DNA from: a bacterium
GTDB lineage: Bacteria > JAJRZV01
Length of the DNA stretch: 64,000 nt
NCBI GenBank assembly: GCA_024275095.1
Contig: JAJRZV010000047.1
Location: 159-64,158, forward strand
Direction: 5' to 3'
Shown here: positions 1 through 10,823 of the stretch, piece by piece
Position numbering within the stretch: position 1 is the stretch's first letter
How the letters are laid out: the number at the start of each line of letters is the position of its first letter
The notes under the pieces: model-generated
What the model saw: the letters and a program-made list of their open reading frames with translations, nothing else
What the model was told of the DNA's origin: nothing
Databases searched by the model: none
Position numbers and translations under genes: made by a program

Positions 1-243
1 GAAAAGAAAAGCGATCTCAAAGACACGCGTGGTTACTGGTACATCCACAGGTGGGACAATAACAAAACACTGCTCATTTATTCATCATTCGTTGATTCGG
101 GCAAAAAAATGCCCGAGATAATAGAAAAGCTTGTCATGTCTTTTACTTTACCCCGAGTAATAAAAGGTGTCCGTAAATACGTAGAAAAAGAATCAGTCAA
201 CTCTACGAAATCATCTCCGCCGGCTGATGATTTTGGATTCTAA
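1..243 (+). CDS. 3'-terminal fragment of a CDS running in from upstream of the window (hypothetical protein; stop TAA 241-243)
   Basis: Frame 1 is open from position 1 (…EKKSDLKDTRGYWYIHRWDNNKTLL…ADDFGF*). No start lies inside the window, and I recognise no family. Confidence 0.3.
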   Translation, partial: EKKSDLKDTRGYWYIHRWDNNKTLLIYSSFVDSGKKMPEIIEKLVMSFTLPRVIKGVRKYVEKESVNSTKSSPPADDFGF

Positions 244-264
244 TTTCACCCTTTCGATCAGAAG

Positions 265-2055
265 CTATACATTGCTATTGTTGTAACTGCTTACGGCCCT
301 TTCATAGGCAGCAATCAATTCTGAATGGCTGATAGTACCCAAAAAATCACCTTCATCGGAAAGTACCGGAAGTTCTTCTACACCCGAGCGGATAAAATAA
401 GTTAATGCTTTGTGAAGGGTATCAGAAGGTTTCAAAACCGGCACATCATCACGAACAAGATCATTAACCATTACAATTTCGTGCATCTCTTTACGGGTTC
501 CAGGGTGCATAATCGCTCGTAAATCATCCATATACACCAATCCAAGAAAATTTCCTTCAATATCCATTACAGGAAAACTCTGGCGACCAGTAGATGTGGC
601 CAGGCGGAACACGTCTTCGATGGTCATATCAGGACGTAATGTGATGCGATCCTGCGGAAGATGCGTGGCTCCCATAACGGTAATGCTATCCAAGACATCC
701 ACCATAAAATCCTGTCGGTGCGACTGCGAATCCTTTTTGGAATACACCTGAGCCTCGTATATGGTCCAGTTCCCGGAAAAGAAAAAACTGAAAAAGCTGG
801 CCGCGGTTATCGGTACAAGAAGGTCATAGTTTCCTGTAAGTTCGGCAATCATGATAATGGTAGCAAGTGGTACCTTTGCCACACATGCAAAAAAGCTCCC
901 CATGCCCACCAGCACGAAAGCACCTGTACTGATTTGAATGTTGGGTAAAATAATCTTCAATAAATGTCCATAAACGCCACCCAGCGCAGCACCAATGGCA
1001 AACGAAGGAGCATACAGCCCACCTGACGCTCCCGCACCGAGTGTGAACGAGGTTGCCACAATCTTTAAAAGCGCAAAAACAATGAGCATCTTTAAACCAA
1101 GATGTTCATTGAGCATTTCCTGAACCCATCCGTAACCATCTGATGAAACAGCAGGTATTACCGCTATGCAAAATCCAACCACGATGGCTCCCAAAAACGG
1201 TGTAAGAAATCTGGGTATCATGCTGCGCGTGAACACTGTGTGCACACTACGCAGCAAGCGCGAATAGAAGTATCCAAAAGGAATCATGAAAAAGCCCATA
1301 AGTGCAAAAACAGGCACGTGGATAATGCTGAACTGGTAAGATGGTGTGGTAAAGATAGGACTCCAGGTATCAAACAGGCCATACACCACATAGGCTGCTA
1401 TGGAAGCGACAATAATGTGGGTAAGTGCTTCTGTTTCCAATTCCGCTGACCGGTAAAGAACCTCGGCGGCAAATATCGCACCTCCAATAGGAGCCTTAAA
1501 TATTGCACCCACACCTGCTCCCGCACCTGCCAGCGTAAACATGCGTTTTTCACGATCGGTCAATCTAAATACAGATGAAAGAACCCCTGCCACACCGGCA
1601 CCAATTTGGGAAATTGGACCTTCTTTCCCGGCTGAACCACCCGTCCCAATAACCAGAGCAGAGGCCAGGGCTTTAATAACAGGTGTCGTAATGGAACTTT
1701 TAATGCGACCGGTATGAAACGAATGAATCATGTAATCCGTGCCGTCTCCCATCGCCTCTGGAGCTGTAAGGTACACCACAATTCCAGATATAAGAGCACC
1801 TGCTGCCACAATTGCTATCAAGCCCCACATGGGCCCCCAAAAGGTAACGGTTGCACCCTTGATAATATGTGGTTCTGCATAACCACCAATGTCATAGAGG
1901 AGAGACTTCTTTGCCAGATGAACAACCTGGGCAAACACATAAGCCATAAAACCCGAAACCATACCCACAAACACAGCAAAGCCAGCTCCCCGCATCGAAA
2001 GGGACTTTCGCAGTTGTTTGAATGAAAAGCGGCCCGTCTTATTATCTTTCTTCAC
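265..2055 (-). CDS. ClC-family voltage-gated chloride channel / H+-Cl- antiporter with C-terminal CBS domain pair
   Basis: 596 aa with many TM helices. ClC selectivity-filter motifs GSAGKEGP and GxFxAP (KAPIGGAIFAAE) are present. The C-terminal ~150 aa look like a CBS pair (…IEDVFRLATSTGRQSFPVMD…). Confidence 0.88.
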   Translation of the reverse strand: MKKDNKTGRFSFKQLRKSLSMRGAGFAVFVGMVSGFMAYVFAQVVHLAKKSLLYDIGGYAEPHIIKGATVTFWGPMWGLIAIVAAGALISGIVVYLTAPEAMGDGTDYMIHSFHTGRIKSSITTPVIKALASALVIGTGGSAGKEGPISQIGAGVAGVLSSVFRLTDREKRMFTLAGAGAGVGAIFKAPIGGAIFAAEVLYRSAELETEALTHIIVASIAAYVVYGLFDTWSPIFTTPSYQFSIIHVPVFALMGFFMIPFGYFYSRLLRSVHTVFTRSMIPRFLTPFLGAIVVGFCIAVIPAVSSDGYGWVQEMLNEHLGLKMLIVFALLKIVATSFTLGAGASGGLYAPSFAIGAALGGVYGHLLKIILPNIQISTGAFVLVGMGSFFACVAKVPLATIIMIAELTGNYDLLVPITAASFFSFFFSGNWTIYEAQVYSKKDSQSHRQDFMVDVLDSITVMGATHLPQDRITLRPDMTIEDVFRLATSTGRQSFPVMDIEGNFLGLVYMDDLRAIMHPGTRKEMHEIVMVNDLVRDDVPVLKPSDTLHKALTYFIRSGVEELPVLSDEGDFLGTISHSELIAAYERAVSSYNNSNV

Positions 2056-2299
2056 TTCTCTTTATACACCGGAAGTTTTGTTTCCTTATTATTCTCCTCG
2101 CTGCCTCCAATTGCAAGAACCTCTACCCCCGTTTGCTTCGCCACCGCTCGCATGACGGGGTAAAAAAAGCGGGAGTCGCAATGACACTCCCCCAGTCGTT
2201 ACGAGTAAATCCCCTGCATCGCGGGAAACGACCGAAGCAATCTCTATGGATTGCACGGGAAACCTTAGTGTGAAAAATCGAGACCAGCCCCCGGGGAAT

Positions 2300-5200
2300 T
2301 TACTCGGCTGTACTTTCCATTTTCAAAAGAATTTCCTGTAAAGCCTCCACTCTTTCCGGAGAAGCAGACCAGTAACCACGATGTTGAGCCTCAACAAGCA
2401 ACTCTACAAGCCGGATTGCCGCGTAAATGTTATTAGCCTGTAATCTCTTACGCACATCTTCATTAAAAACAAACGTTTCAGCTACTTCATCAAATATCCA
2501 TTCTTTTACATGCCCTGTAGTCGCGGCAAAACCCAGGAGGTATTCCATCCTATCCTTGATCTTCTTTGCACCGTGAAAATCATGCTCCAGCAACCCTTCT
2601 ATCCACAGTGGATTGAATATGCGTGTTCTTGCTGCTCTATCTATCGCTTCAGAAAGAGTAAGTACTTCGACGTCTTCAGTAGTATCAATAACCATCACAT
2701 CTGCCCGTTCACTCTTGCGTACTTCTACAGCCTTGGCAAGTCCTCCAAGAAATTCGTAGTAATGGTCAAGATCAGTAATGTCATATTCCACGTTGTCTCT
2801 CTCCTGCGTTACAACATCAACATTCGTGAGCACCATATTGAAAGCTTCATTCTGTTTTTCCACGCGTCCTCTGAAATAAGCATGATTCATACTCTCTTCA
2901 TAGCTACGTGCAAGTTCGTCTTCACTTTTCCAGCAACCCGTCTCCACGAGTGTACGCATCGAGGTTGCATATTCAGATGGAGAGGGGCCGAAAACGCGTG
3001 CCAGCGCGAAATCTCCTAACTTTTCTTTTGCTTGGAAATAATGCTTTTTTACAAAATTCATCTCCGGCGGTTCGTCAAGAAAGGCTACAATCTCCACCGC
3101 CCGGTTGATAAGGTCAACATGAGTGTGAAAGGTGTCTCTGAATATACCGCATATAGTTACAGCCACATCTATACGCGGCCTGCCGAGTTTCTCCAAAGGA
3201 ATCACCTCTAACTCCTTGAACCACGGGCTCTTTTTATGTATGAGTCTCACTCCCAGAAGTGCCAGTATCATTGCAATGGTATCTCCACCCGTCTTCATGG
3301 TTTCAAAACCCCAAAGGACAACACCCACGGTTTCCGGCCACCTTCCCTCCCGCTTCCGGTATGCATTCAACAACATCTCTGCAGCCTGCCTCCCCCGGGC
3401 TTCGGCTGTTACAGTTGGAACGAGTCGTGGATCAAAAGCATACATGGCTCTTCCGGCAGGATATACTTCCGGGTCGCGTACAGGGTCACCTCCTCGAGCC
3501 GGCATAACAAATCGCCCACACAGCGCGTCGAGCAATGCCCTGCTTTCACAAAAATCCCGGGTTGCAGCGGCTACTTGATTAATGAAAGCAACGTAATCCT
3601 TCGGTAGCCATTCTGGGGCACGGCCATTGAGCACGGCGGTAATTACTTTTCTTGCCGTATTTTCCAGTTCATGTTCCGCGTGCGTATTTTTGATTTTTCC
3701 CCACTCCGTTCCCTTGCGTTCAGCCAAAAACCTGAATAATGACGGGACATCACGGTCTATGCGTAATACCGCAAGAAGGAACTCCTCCAGATCCTCGCTC
3801 GAAGGTTTCCTATCCATTATGTGAAGTCCTCGAGTAATAAGCGTGCGCTTCATTTTGAAGAGCCTCTTTCTCAAAGTTTCCACGTCTGGTTCCATGTGCA
3901 AGTGGTTGACCACATCCTTTATTTCCTGGAGCACTTTTTCATCACGGGTGGTGTCATACTCATTTAACAAATTCTCCAGGACTAAATACTCGCCATAAAG
4001 ACCGGCACATCTCATGGGCGGGGAGGCATGTGAAACACACAGTGCGAGCGAACGTCTCTTGGCAATGGTTGACTCCGATGTGTTGCCTATCCAGTAGTAG
4101 TAAATATGAGGCATGCTTCCAATGAGAAGTGCTGGATAACACTCTCTCGAAAGAGCTGCTTCCTTACCTTTGGTAAACTCCAGTGTCCCGTGCATACCAA
4201 AATGTATAATTGCATCCGCTCTGAACTCCCTTTCCAGGAACATATAATAGGCAAGGTACTGATGGTGTGGAGGAAGTTCCCTGTCATGATATGCTTTTTC
4301 CGGATCCTCATGTACGCCCCTGGCAGGCTGTACCCCCAGGAAAATATTGCCAAGAACAACTCCTGGAATAAGGATATCTGTACCATCAACCATTATATCT
4401 CCTGGCGGAGGTCCCCAGTGGCTTACTACTTCTTTTTGAACCTTCACCGGCAGAGCCCTGAACCACTGAAGATATTTATCCAGTGGGACGCGAAGACGGG
4501 ACTTTCTAACATACGCAGGACTATTTACAATGCCTTCGGCCAGGAAAAGCTCCTCTAACGGCCTATCTGGTAAATCAACTTTGTATCCTTCCTCTCCCAG
4601 CTTCTCCAGAAACACCCGAAGACTTTTGAACACATCAAGGTATCCCGCTTCTCCTATACTGTACTCGCCGGGAGGATAATCGTAAGTGATAACAGCAATA
4701 CGCTTTTCACTGTTGGATGCAAAACGTAAATGCAACCACCGTTTGATACGTGCGGCCAAAGCGCGAACTCCGTCCTCCAGCACCTTCACTTTCTTAACCT
4801 TACCCAACAATTCATCATCTTCGCTCTCCAGACACGCAACAAATACGGGCTCAATGGCCCCGTCAATTTCTGGAAGCGTCATGTTAAGCACTATTTCCAG
4901 AGGGCTCATCCCGGCCGGTTCCTCTTCCCACTTTTTCCTGTCTGTTTCATAGGTTCTTACAGGTACAATATAAGGAGCATTTAACTTTGAAAGAAATTCA
5001 TACGTGGGTTCCGGTTCTCCTCCATAGGGCCCTCCGTGCAGGCGAAAATACTGCATATTTACAAACAGATCCACATCCTTCAGGTACTTGTTCACTGCTT
5101 CGATATTGTGTTCTACCTTGGAAAAAGCAAAAATCAGGTTCACATCTTCCTTCAACTCCGCGTACAGAGCCTCTGCAACAGGCCGTGTATCATCAAAATG

Positions 5201-5917
5201 CATTCCACCGTAAAGTAACACGCCCACCGTGGGTTTGTGTGATGAAAAACCGATCCGGTGTTTATAAACGTCCAGATTTTCACACACACCTTCACCAGGA
5301 ACGTACAACCCTATGGCCGGACGCCGCACAGGGGCTGGAACTTTGCCAATCTGTTTCACGCACGCATAATGCTTCAGCAAAAACAATATGAGATTCTTCA
5401 GATTTTCTGCATCACCCTCGGTGTAATACTCCTGAGCCAGCACCCAGTTACGCATATCTTTCAGCATGCCAACAGGTACAATTGCTCCGAGCCTTCTTAC
5501 AATCGCTGAAAACTTCCTGGCTTTCATATAAGAATGTATATCGAATTCTTTTTCACGTTCTGGAGTAAACACTCTACTTCCGTCAAACCTACCCATGCGT
5601 GTCAGTGCGAAAATATGACTGCTGCCTCCTATCAAGGTAACAATGGTTTTATTCTTACTTCCCGCAAGCATCCGAGGAAGTTCCCGACCCACCCGCGTTT
5701 CACCCCTCACATCGACAAGGATAATATCTGAGCCGGATATTGCTCTCTCCAGCGGTTCCAACGAAACATCACCTTTCTCGTAATCATCGAAATACACCTT
5801 TTGAACACGCACGATATCCCCGTATTCACGGCGTACCATACCTACTGCCTCACGCAGGCTCAATGTATTGTTGATGGTACTCAGCAAAAGGATTCGACAC
5901 ACACGCGAAGCCATCAC
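2300..5917 (-). CDS. cobN: CobN / Mg-chelatase H-subunit family (class I chelatase large subunit)
   Basis: 1205 aa with CobN/ChlH-like blocks (…[10 protein letters not shown]…, …YDYPPGEY…). Its start overlaps the stop of the downstream ChlI/D gene (ATGA), suggesting translational coupling. Confidence 0.82.
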   Translation of the reverse strand: MMASRVCRILLLSTINNTLSLREAVGMVRREYGDIVRVQKVYFDDYEKGDVSLEPLERAISGSDIILVDVRGETRVGRELPRMLAGSKNKTIVTLIGGSSHIFALTRMGRFDGSRVFTPEREKEFDIHSYMKARKFSAIVRRLGAIVPVGMLKDMRNWVLAQEYYTEGDAENLKNLILFLLKHYACVKQIGKVPAPVRRPAIGLYVPGEGVCENLDVYKHRIGFSSHKPTVGVLLYGGMHFDDTRPVAEALYAELKEDVNLIFAFSKVEHNIEAVNKYLKDVDLFVNMQYFRLHGGPYGGEPEPTYEFLSKLNAPYIVPVRTYETDRKKWEEEPAGMSPLEIVLNMTLPEIDGAIEPVFVACLESEDDELLGKVKKVKVLEDGVRALAARIKRWLHLRFASNSEKRIAVITYDYPPGEYSIGEAGYLDVFKSLRVFLEKLGEEGYKVDLPDRPLEELFLAEGIVNSPAYVRKSRLRVPLDKYLQWFRALPVKVQKEVVSHWGPPPGDIMVDGTDILIPGVVLGNIFLGVQPARGVHEDPEKAYHDRELPPHHQYLAYYMFLEREFRADAIIHFGMHGTLEFTKGKEAALSRECYPALLIGSMPHIYYYWIGNTSESTIAKRRSLALCVSHASPPMRCAGLYGEYLVLENLLNEYDTTRDEKVLQEIKDVVNHLHMEPDVETLRKRLFKMKRTLITRGLHIMDRKPSSEDLEEFLLAVLRIDRDVPSLFRFLAERKGTEWGKIKNTHAEHELENTARKVITAVLNGRAPEWLPKDYVAFINQVAAATRDFCESRALLDALCGRFVMPARGGDPVRDPEVYPAGRAMYAFDPRLVPTVTAEARGRQAAEMLLNAYRKREGRWPETVGVVLWGFETMKTGGDTIAMILALLGVRLIHKKSPWFKELEVIPLEKLGRPRIDVAVTICGIFRDTFHTHVDLINRAVEIVAFLDEPPEMNFVKKHYFQAKEKLGDFALARVFGPSPSEYATSMRTLVETGCWKSEDELARSYEESMNHAYFRGRVEKQNEAFNMVLTNVDVVTQERDNVEYDITDLDHYYEFLGGLAKAVEVRKSERADVMVIDTTEDVEVLTLSEAIDRAARTRIFNPLWIEGLLEHDFHGAKKIKDRMEYLLGFAATTGHVKEWIFDEVAETFVFNEDVRKRLQANNIYAAIRLVELLVEAQHRGYWSASPERVEALQEILLKMESTAE

Positions 5918-7716
5918 ATCAGTTCATCAATATACCACAATGGTGCATCCAGCACTTTTGCCATTTTTTCCAGAGTACCGACACTCCGGGCACGAGGTTC
6001 CGTATTAATAATAATAAATTCTGTCTCTCCTCTCGCAGCAGCAATAATTTCCAGGTCTTCATCTAAACTGCTCTTCATAAACACATTACACCTGCCATCA
6101 GAAATAAGGATAACCTTAACACTGTCTCCTCTTTCCTTCCTTGCTTCCTGAAACGCTGCATAAATAGCGGGAGTAAGCGGAGTTTTACCACCTGTAGGTA
6201 CACTTTCAAGCATTTCTTCTATCTTCAGCATGTCCGTCGTGGGAGCAACAAGCAACTCAGGAGTCTCTCTCCGGAAAACCATAAGAGCGACTCTGCTCTT
6301 TTTCTCATAAGATCGCCTCAATAATTGCCAGGCCAGTGATTTTGCAAGTTTCACCTTTCGGTCCATTCGCATGGATGAAGAACAGTCAAGCAAAATGAAG
6401 TAGAGACTTCTGCCGCGACCTTTTCTTATTTTTTCCATTAAATGTTCAGGTAACACATTCAGGGTTCCTGTTTCCCTCACCGCCCTTTTTACCGTAGCAT
6501 CCAGCGCCACGTTCCCGGTGTTTTCATTTGCGCGTGCTTTAACGTATAAACCCCGTCTCCCTTCGGTGGGGTGCTTATCCCAACCCTCTTTTTCTCCACG
6601 CATTCCTTGAATGAGCGGGTCCACTTTAAATTTCCTATTCTTCTGAAAATCGAAAATCTCTTCTGTATAAGTATTATTTTGATTCTCCTCCTTCAGGAGC
6701 TGACGAATTGCATCACGTGAAAGCGATCTTTCTCTTTCAAAAGGTTGCTGACGCATCCGGTGAGGAAGAGCAAGAAGCGCTGCCTCCTCCACGTCTTCCT
6801 CTGTTACAAAATTTCTTCCGTTTAGAGCTGCAAGCGCTCTCGCAGTTTTTTCCATTACAATGTCTGCTCTGTGAGTGCGTACACCAAGGGCCGAGGTAAT
6901 CCGTACAATGCGCTCAAGAAGCGGAACCGGAATATCAACATCAGGTAGCAATTCGCGTGCTCTTATGATAGTGTCCCTCAGCAGTTCCTCTTCGTGGGCA
7001 AATTCCTCATTAAACCGCCATGGATCTTCATCAAATCGTCTTCTATACTCCATAACTCTCAGTCTTTCTTCCGGAGAGGATAAAGCCTCAACTTCCACAC
7101 ACAGGCCAAAACGGTCCAGTATCTGAGGTCGCAGGTTCCCCTCTTCAGGATTCATGGTGCCTACCAGTATAAAACGTGATGGATGATAAAAGGAGACGCC
7201 TTCCCGCTCCACAATGTTCACCCCCATAGCAGCGGCATCGAGCAGAATATTTACCAGGTGATCATCGAGCAGATTCACTTCATCGATGTAAAGGATATTC
7301 CTGTTTGCCCTTGCAAGAAGGCCGGGCTCGAAGGCTTTGATACCATCTTTGAGTACACGCTTGATATCCAGCATACCTACCACCATGTCCTCAGTAGCCG
7401 AAAGAGGCATATCAACCACTTCCATTTTCTTCTCAATCTCCGGAAGAGACCCTTCCTCCCTGTAACGCTCCTGGCACCGCATGCACATAAACTGGACATT
7501 TGACGGATGACAGTTAAAAGAACATCCCTGGACAACCTTGATGGGAGGAAGAAGCCGGGCCAGTGCACGCACAGCAGTGGATTTACCTGTACCTTTATCT
7601 CCCTTGATGAGCACTCCTGCAATGGTCGAGTCTACCGCATTGAGAAGCAGAGCCTGCTTCATCCGCTCCTGCCCCACTATGGCAGGAAAGGGAAACACGG
7701 GGAATTTGTGATACAC
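5914..7716 (-). CDS. ChlI/BchI-type AAA+ ATPase fused to a C-terminal ChlD-like vWA domain (class I chelatase ATPase subunit)
   Basis: Walker [10 protein letters not shown] and the ChlI signature …[25 protein letters not shown]…[16 protein letters not shown] are present. The C-terminus has a vWA MIDAS motif LLDCSSSM…ILISDGRCN. Confidence 0.85.
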   Translation of the reverse strand: MYHKFPVFPFPAIVGQERMKQALLLNAVDSTIAGVLIKGDKGTGKSTAVRALARLLPPIKVVQGCSFNCHPSNVQFMCMRCQERYREEGSLPEIEKKMEVVDMPLSATEDMVVGMLDIKRVLKDGIKAFEPGLLARANRNILYIDEVNLLDDHLVNILLDAAAMGVNIVEREGVSFYHPSRFILVGTMNPEEGNLRPQILDRFGLCVEVEALSSPEERLRVMEYRRRFDEDPWRFNEEFAHEEELLRDTIIRARELLPDVDIPVPLLERIVRITSALGVRTHRADIVMEKTARALAALNGRNFVTEEDVEEAALLALPHRMRQQPFERERSLSRDAIRQLLKEENQNNTYTEEIFDFQKNRKFKVDPLIQGMRGEKEGWDKHPTEGRRGLYVKARANENTGNVALDATVKRAVRETGTLNVLPEHLMEKIRKGRGRSLYFILLDCSSSMRMDRKVKLAKSLAWQLLRRSYEKKSRVALMVFRRETPELLVAPTTDMLKIEEMLESVPTGGKTPLTPAIYAAFQEARKERGDSVKVILISDGRCNVFMKSSLDEDLEIIAAARGETEFIIINTEPRARSVGTLEKMAKVLDAPLWYIDELM

Positions 7717-7752
7717 GCGCAGACCTCCTGATTACCAAATGATCACACGAAT

Positions 7753-9132
7753 ATGATTTACAGTAATACTGATCACTTTATCAATCAAGAAGCTCGCCAC
7801 AGAATATTCATGAATCACTTACTACCCATCCTTGTAATATCAATACCGTCTTTATTACCATTAAATCACAGAAAAAAATTGATTAACTTCCAGACCATGC
7901 TCAAACCAAAGTTGAGACCACTGGACGTGAGGCCTGTTTTTCAGGGCAAACAGCGTCTTCTTATGCTGCGTGACCCTCTGGGAATTGCCAGCAGAGAAAT
8001 TTTTCTGCCTGCGGAAATAGGACCCCTCTTGCATTTGATGGACGGGACAAGGGACGCGCGAGACCTTTCGATTTCGCTCTCGCTTCGGTTTGGACAGCAC
8101 ATATCCCCTGCAGATATTCAGCAACTTATCAACGTGCTTGACCGTGAACTTCTCCTGGACAATGATAATTTTCGAACTCAGCAGCAGAAAATCCTGGAAG
8201 AATTTCGTCAGGCCCCTTTTCGTCCCATGAACTGTGCAGGGAGTTCCTATCCTGAAAATCCTGACACCCTCGCGAAAACCCTTCAGAATTACGTAGAAAA
8301 AGCCTGCAGTGATACACCCAGCATTCCCGAAATTTCCCCCACCAAAAAGATCCTCGGACTCATCTGTCCACACATCGACTTCCAGAGAGGCTGGCGAGTT
8401 TATGCGCGTGTATGGCACCAGGCCAAACAGGCTTTTATCAACGCAGATACAGTCATCATTATAGGCACTGATCACTACGGCACTGATGAGTCAGGAGTAA
8501 CTCTTACGTACCAGTCATATGCCACACCATGGGGAGTACTCCCCACCCACAGGGATGCAGTTGAATACATAGCGCATACAGTAGGTGAAGATACTGCATT
8601 TGCCGGTGAACTTCGACACAAGGGAGAGCACTCTATCGAGCTTGCTGCTGTGTGGCTTCACTTTATCCGGGAGGGTAAAGCCTGTCACCTTATACCTATT
8701 CTTACAGGTACATTCCAAATCGAAAAAAATAAAGATCCACACACCGAGTCTTTAATCAATCCGATTGTGGAAAAAACGTGTCAGGTTATTTCAAAAATTG
8801 CCGAAGACCTCCAGGCACCAATTGTCTCAGCAGCGGACCTCTCCCATGTCGGCCCTGCATTTGGAGGGCCTCCACTCGACCTCAGAGAAAGCGCCCGGCT
8901 GAAAGACACAGATGCACGGCTCCTTGAGTACATTACCAGGTGTGATGCTACAGGTTTTTTCGCAGAAATATGCCGCACACAGAATGAAACTCATGTGTGT
9001 GGTGTCTCTGCCATTTTCACGCTCATGAGAGCGTTGAAATCTGCAAGGGGAACTGTAATTGACTATCAGCGATGTCCAGCGGATGAAAACGGCCTGTCCG
9101 CAGTGACAATTTGCGGCGCCATTTTTTCATAA
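7753..9132 (+). CDS. MEMO1-family (Memo-like) protein with ~130 aa N-terminal extension
   Basis: Memo blocks: CAGSSYP (cf. AGSWY), ICPHIDFQRG (cf. APHAGYTY), IIIGTDHYG, HSIELAAVWLHF (cf. HSIEMHLPY), AADLSHVGPAFG, VCGVSAIF. The start is uncertain, with in-frame Met candidates at 7753, ~7813 and ~7897. Confidence 0.65.
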   Translation: MIYSNTDHFINQEARHRIFMNHLLPILVISIPSLLPLNHRKKLINFQTMLKPKLRPLDVRPVFQGKQRLLMLRDPLGIASREIFLPAEIGPLLHLMDGTRDARDLSISLSLRFGQHISPADIQQLINVLDRELLLDNDNFRTQQQKILEEFRQAPFRPMNCAGSSYPENPDTLAKTLQNYVEKACSDTPSIPEISPTKKILGLICPHIDFQRGWRVYARVWHQAKQAFINADTVIIIGTDHYGTDESGVTLTYQSYATPWGVLPTHRDAVEYIAHTVGEDTAFAGELRHKGEHSIELAAVWLHFIREGKACHLIPILTGTFQIEKNKDPHTESLINPIVEKTCQVISKIAEDLQAPIVSAADLSHVGPAFGGPPLDLRESARLKDTDARLLEYITRCDATGFFAEICRTQNETHVCGVSAIFTLMRALKSARGTVIDYQRCPADENGLSAVTICGAIFS

Positions 9133-9294
9133 AACACGGCGTCAAATTCGGCTTCTCTACTTCTTTTTACTACCCAACTCCTCAAAAAAATACTCTGGCG
9201 CAACTTAGCACATGCGTCAAAAAAGCGTTTTTGAACAAAAATTATTCGAAACAAATACCAACAAGCGGGGTGAATTGAAATAGATTCGATATTA

Positions 9295-9311
9295 TTGACA
9301 CATTGTGTCAA
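9295..9311 (+). promoter_or_regulatory. Perfect 7-3-7 palindrome TTGACACATTGTGTCAA (candidate operator) immediately upstream of a sigma-70 promoter
   Basis: Read directly from sequence. It lies 9 bp upstream of the -35 box. Confidence 0.45.
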
Positions 9312-9319
9312 ACAATGGG

Positions 9320-9348
9320 TTGACATTTTTGACGCACTGCATTATATT
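9320..9348 (+). promoter_or_regulatory. Sigma-70-type promoter: -35 TTGACA (9320-9325), 17-nt spacer, -10 TATATT (9343-9348)
   Basis: Near-consensus hexamers with optimal spacing. GGAGGT RBS at 9365-9370 and ATG at 9377. Confidence 0.6.
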
Positions 9349-9376
9349 TAAAGTGAAAAATATAGGAGGTGCTGAA

Positions 9377-9724
9377 ATGGCTAAGGCACTGGCATACCGA
9401 TTGGAAAAAGCAGCAAAAAGGATGTGGGTTCATGGAGAGCAGCTGGGTAATGTGGCAATATCCCTGGGGGGTGTTGCTCTTGCATTAACCTTCATTGTAA
9501 TCACGCTCACACTTACAGATGGCGCCTCCGTGGTTCTGAAAAACGCGTTTGTGTTCGCCATGACGCTGGTATCTGGAACCTTCGCAGCGCTGGGCCTCAT
9601 CCTCGCTGACCGTACAAGCAGTGACTACAAGAAACGGGTTGCTCGGATTATCAACATCATCGCAGGTGCACCCATGTGGTACATTATCGCGGGCGTCACC
9701 TATGCTCTGAGCATAATTCACTGA
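9377..9724 (+). CDS. Small hypothetical integral membrane protein (115 aa, ~3 TM)
   Basis: ATG is preceded by GGAGGT at 7-nt spacing. The hydrophobic segments are predicted TM. The ORF-track start at 9305 lacks an RBS and would lie upstream of the predicted promoter. Confidence 0.5.
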   Translation: MAKALAYRLEKAAKRMWVHGEQLGNVAISLGGVALALTFIVITLTLTDGASVVLKNAFVFAMTLVSGTFAALGLILADRTSSDYKKRVARIINIIAGAPMWYIIAGVTYALSIIH

Positions 9725-9757
9725 GCCATGCTGTGCGTCTGTCACCCGGGGAGGACT

Positions 9758-10810
9758 TCACTCCTGCAACTGGTCCAAAAAGGTGCGGAGATACCGCTGC
9801 CAGTCATCGAAGTTTATGACGGACTTTTTGAATCCTTTCTCGTACACAACTACTTTGCCGGAAGATCCAACAAACCCGAGATCGGCGTGAAGGGCCTCCC
9901 CAGGACCATTCACCACGCATCCCATTACTGCTATCTTAACGGGCACCCTGAAGCCCGAAATCATCTCTTCCACTTCTTCGGCCATTTTTACCACATCGAA
10001 CTCAGCTCGAGCACAGGTAGGACATGCGATAACAGTGGGACCAGGCTCCCTGAGACCCAGTGACCTCAAAATTTCAAAACCCGCAATCACCTCAAGTACC
10101 GGGTCTGCTGCTAAAGACACACGCAGGGTGTCACCGATTCCCTCGGAGAGAAGTATTCCAAGGGCAACGGCGGACCTGATTCCTCCGCTGAAGCGTGTCC
10201 CGGCTTCGGTTACCCCAAGATGCAATGGATAATCAACTTTTTCTGAAAGTTTTCTATAAACCTCTATTGTATCCATCACACCACTGGCTTTGGCCGAAAT
10301 CTTCACGTTGGTAAGACCCAGGGACGTAATGAGTTCAAGTGAAGATTCCACGCTTGCAAGCATTCCCTCTACAATACCAAGATTTCTATAGCGTTTTTCT
10401 ACAGACCCTGAATTTACCCCAATACGAAGACACGCTCCGGCATCCATAACAGCCAATACCACTTCTTTCAGCTTTTTCTTGCCACCAATGTTCCCGGGAT
10501 TAATGCGAATACCATGAGCACCGGCTTTCACAGCGTCAATAGCAAGACGATAGTGAAAATGAATATCTGCAACCACAGGAACACGAAGGGACGATACGAG
10601 AACCTTTATTGTCTCAACGCTCATCTCATCAGGTATAGAAACACGAACGACTTCACAACCTGCGCTTTCAAGCCGTTTCGCCTGACGAAGGGTGGAATTT
10701 ATATCTGAAGTGACCGTATTGGTCATGGACTGCACCGAAATGGGCGCTCTGCCACCCACTTTCAGGGAACCGAGAGTGACCTCCCGGGTATGTTTACGCT
10801 GAACCTTCAC
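9758..10810 (-). CDS. ispG: 4-hydroxy-3-methylbut-2-enyl diphosphate synthase (IspG/GcpE)
   Basis: …RKHTREVTLGSLKVGGRAPISVQSMTNT… and the C-terminal Cys-rich cluster ligands (CPTCAR…AVMGCVVNGPGE) are present. I prefer a GTG start at 10810 (AGGA 4 nt upstream, N-terminal length matches IspG). The alternative ATG at 10867 would overlap murJ. Confidence 0.85.
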   Translation of the reverse strand: MKVQRKHTREVTLGSLKVGGRAPISVQSMTNTVTSDINSTLRQAKRLESAGCEVVRVSIPDEMSVETIKVLVSSLRVPVVADIHFHYRLAIDAVKAGAHGIRINPGNIGGKKKLKEVVLAVMDAGACLRIGVNSGSVEKRYRNLGIVEGMLASVESSLELITSLGLTNVKISAKASGVMDTIEVYRKLSEKVDYPLHLGVTEAGTRFSGGIRSAVALGILLSEGIGDTLRVSLAADPVLEVIAGFEILRSLGLREPGPTVIACPTCARAEFDVVKMAEEVEEMISGFRVPVKIAVMGCVVNGPGEALHADLGFVGSSGKVVVYEKGFKKSVINFDDWQRYLRTFLDQLQE

Positions 10811-10823
10811 AGGTCCTATTTTC

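Noticed and set aside
2510-5731. Numerous 60-170-aa plus-strand ORFs inside the CobN gene
   Set aside because: They all lie within a single 1205-aa minus-strand CDS with clear family signatures. No RBS or composition supports them.
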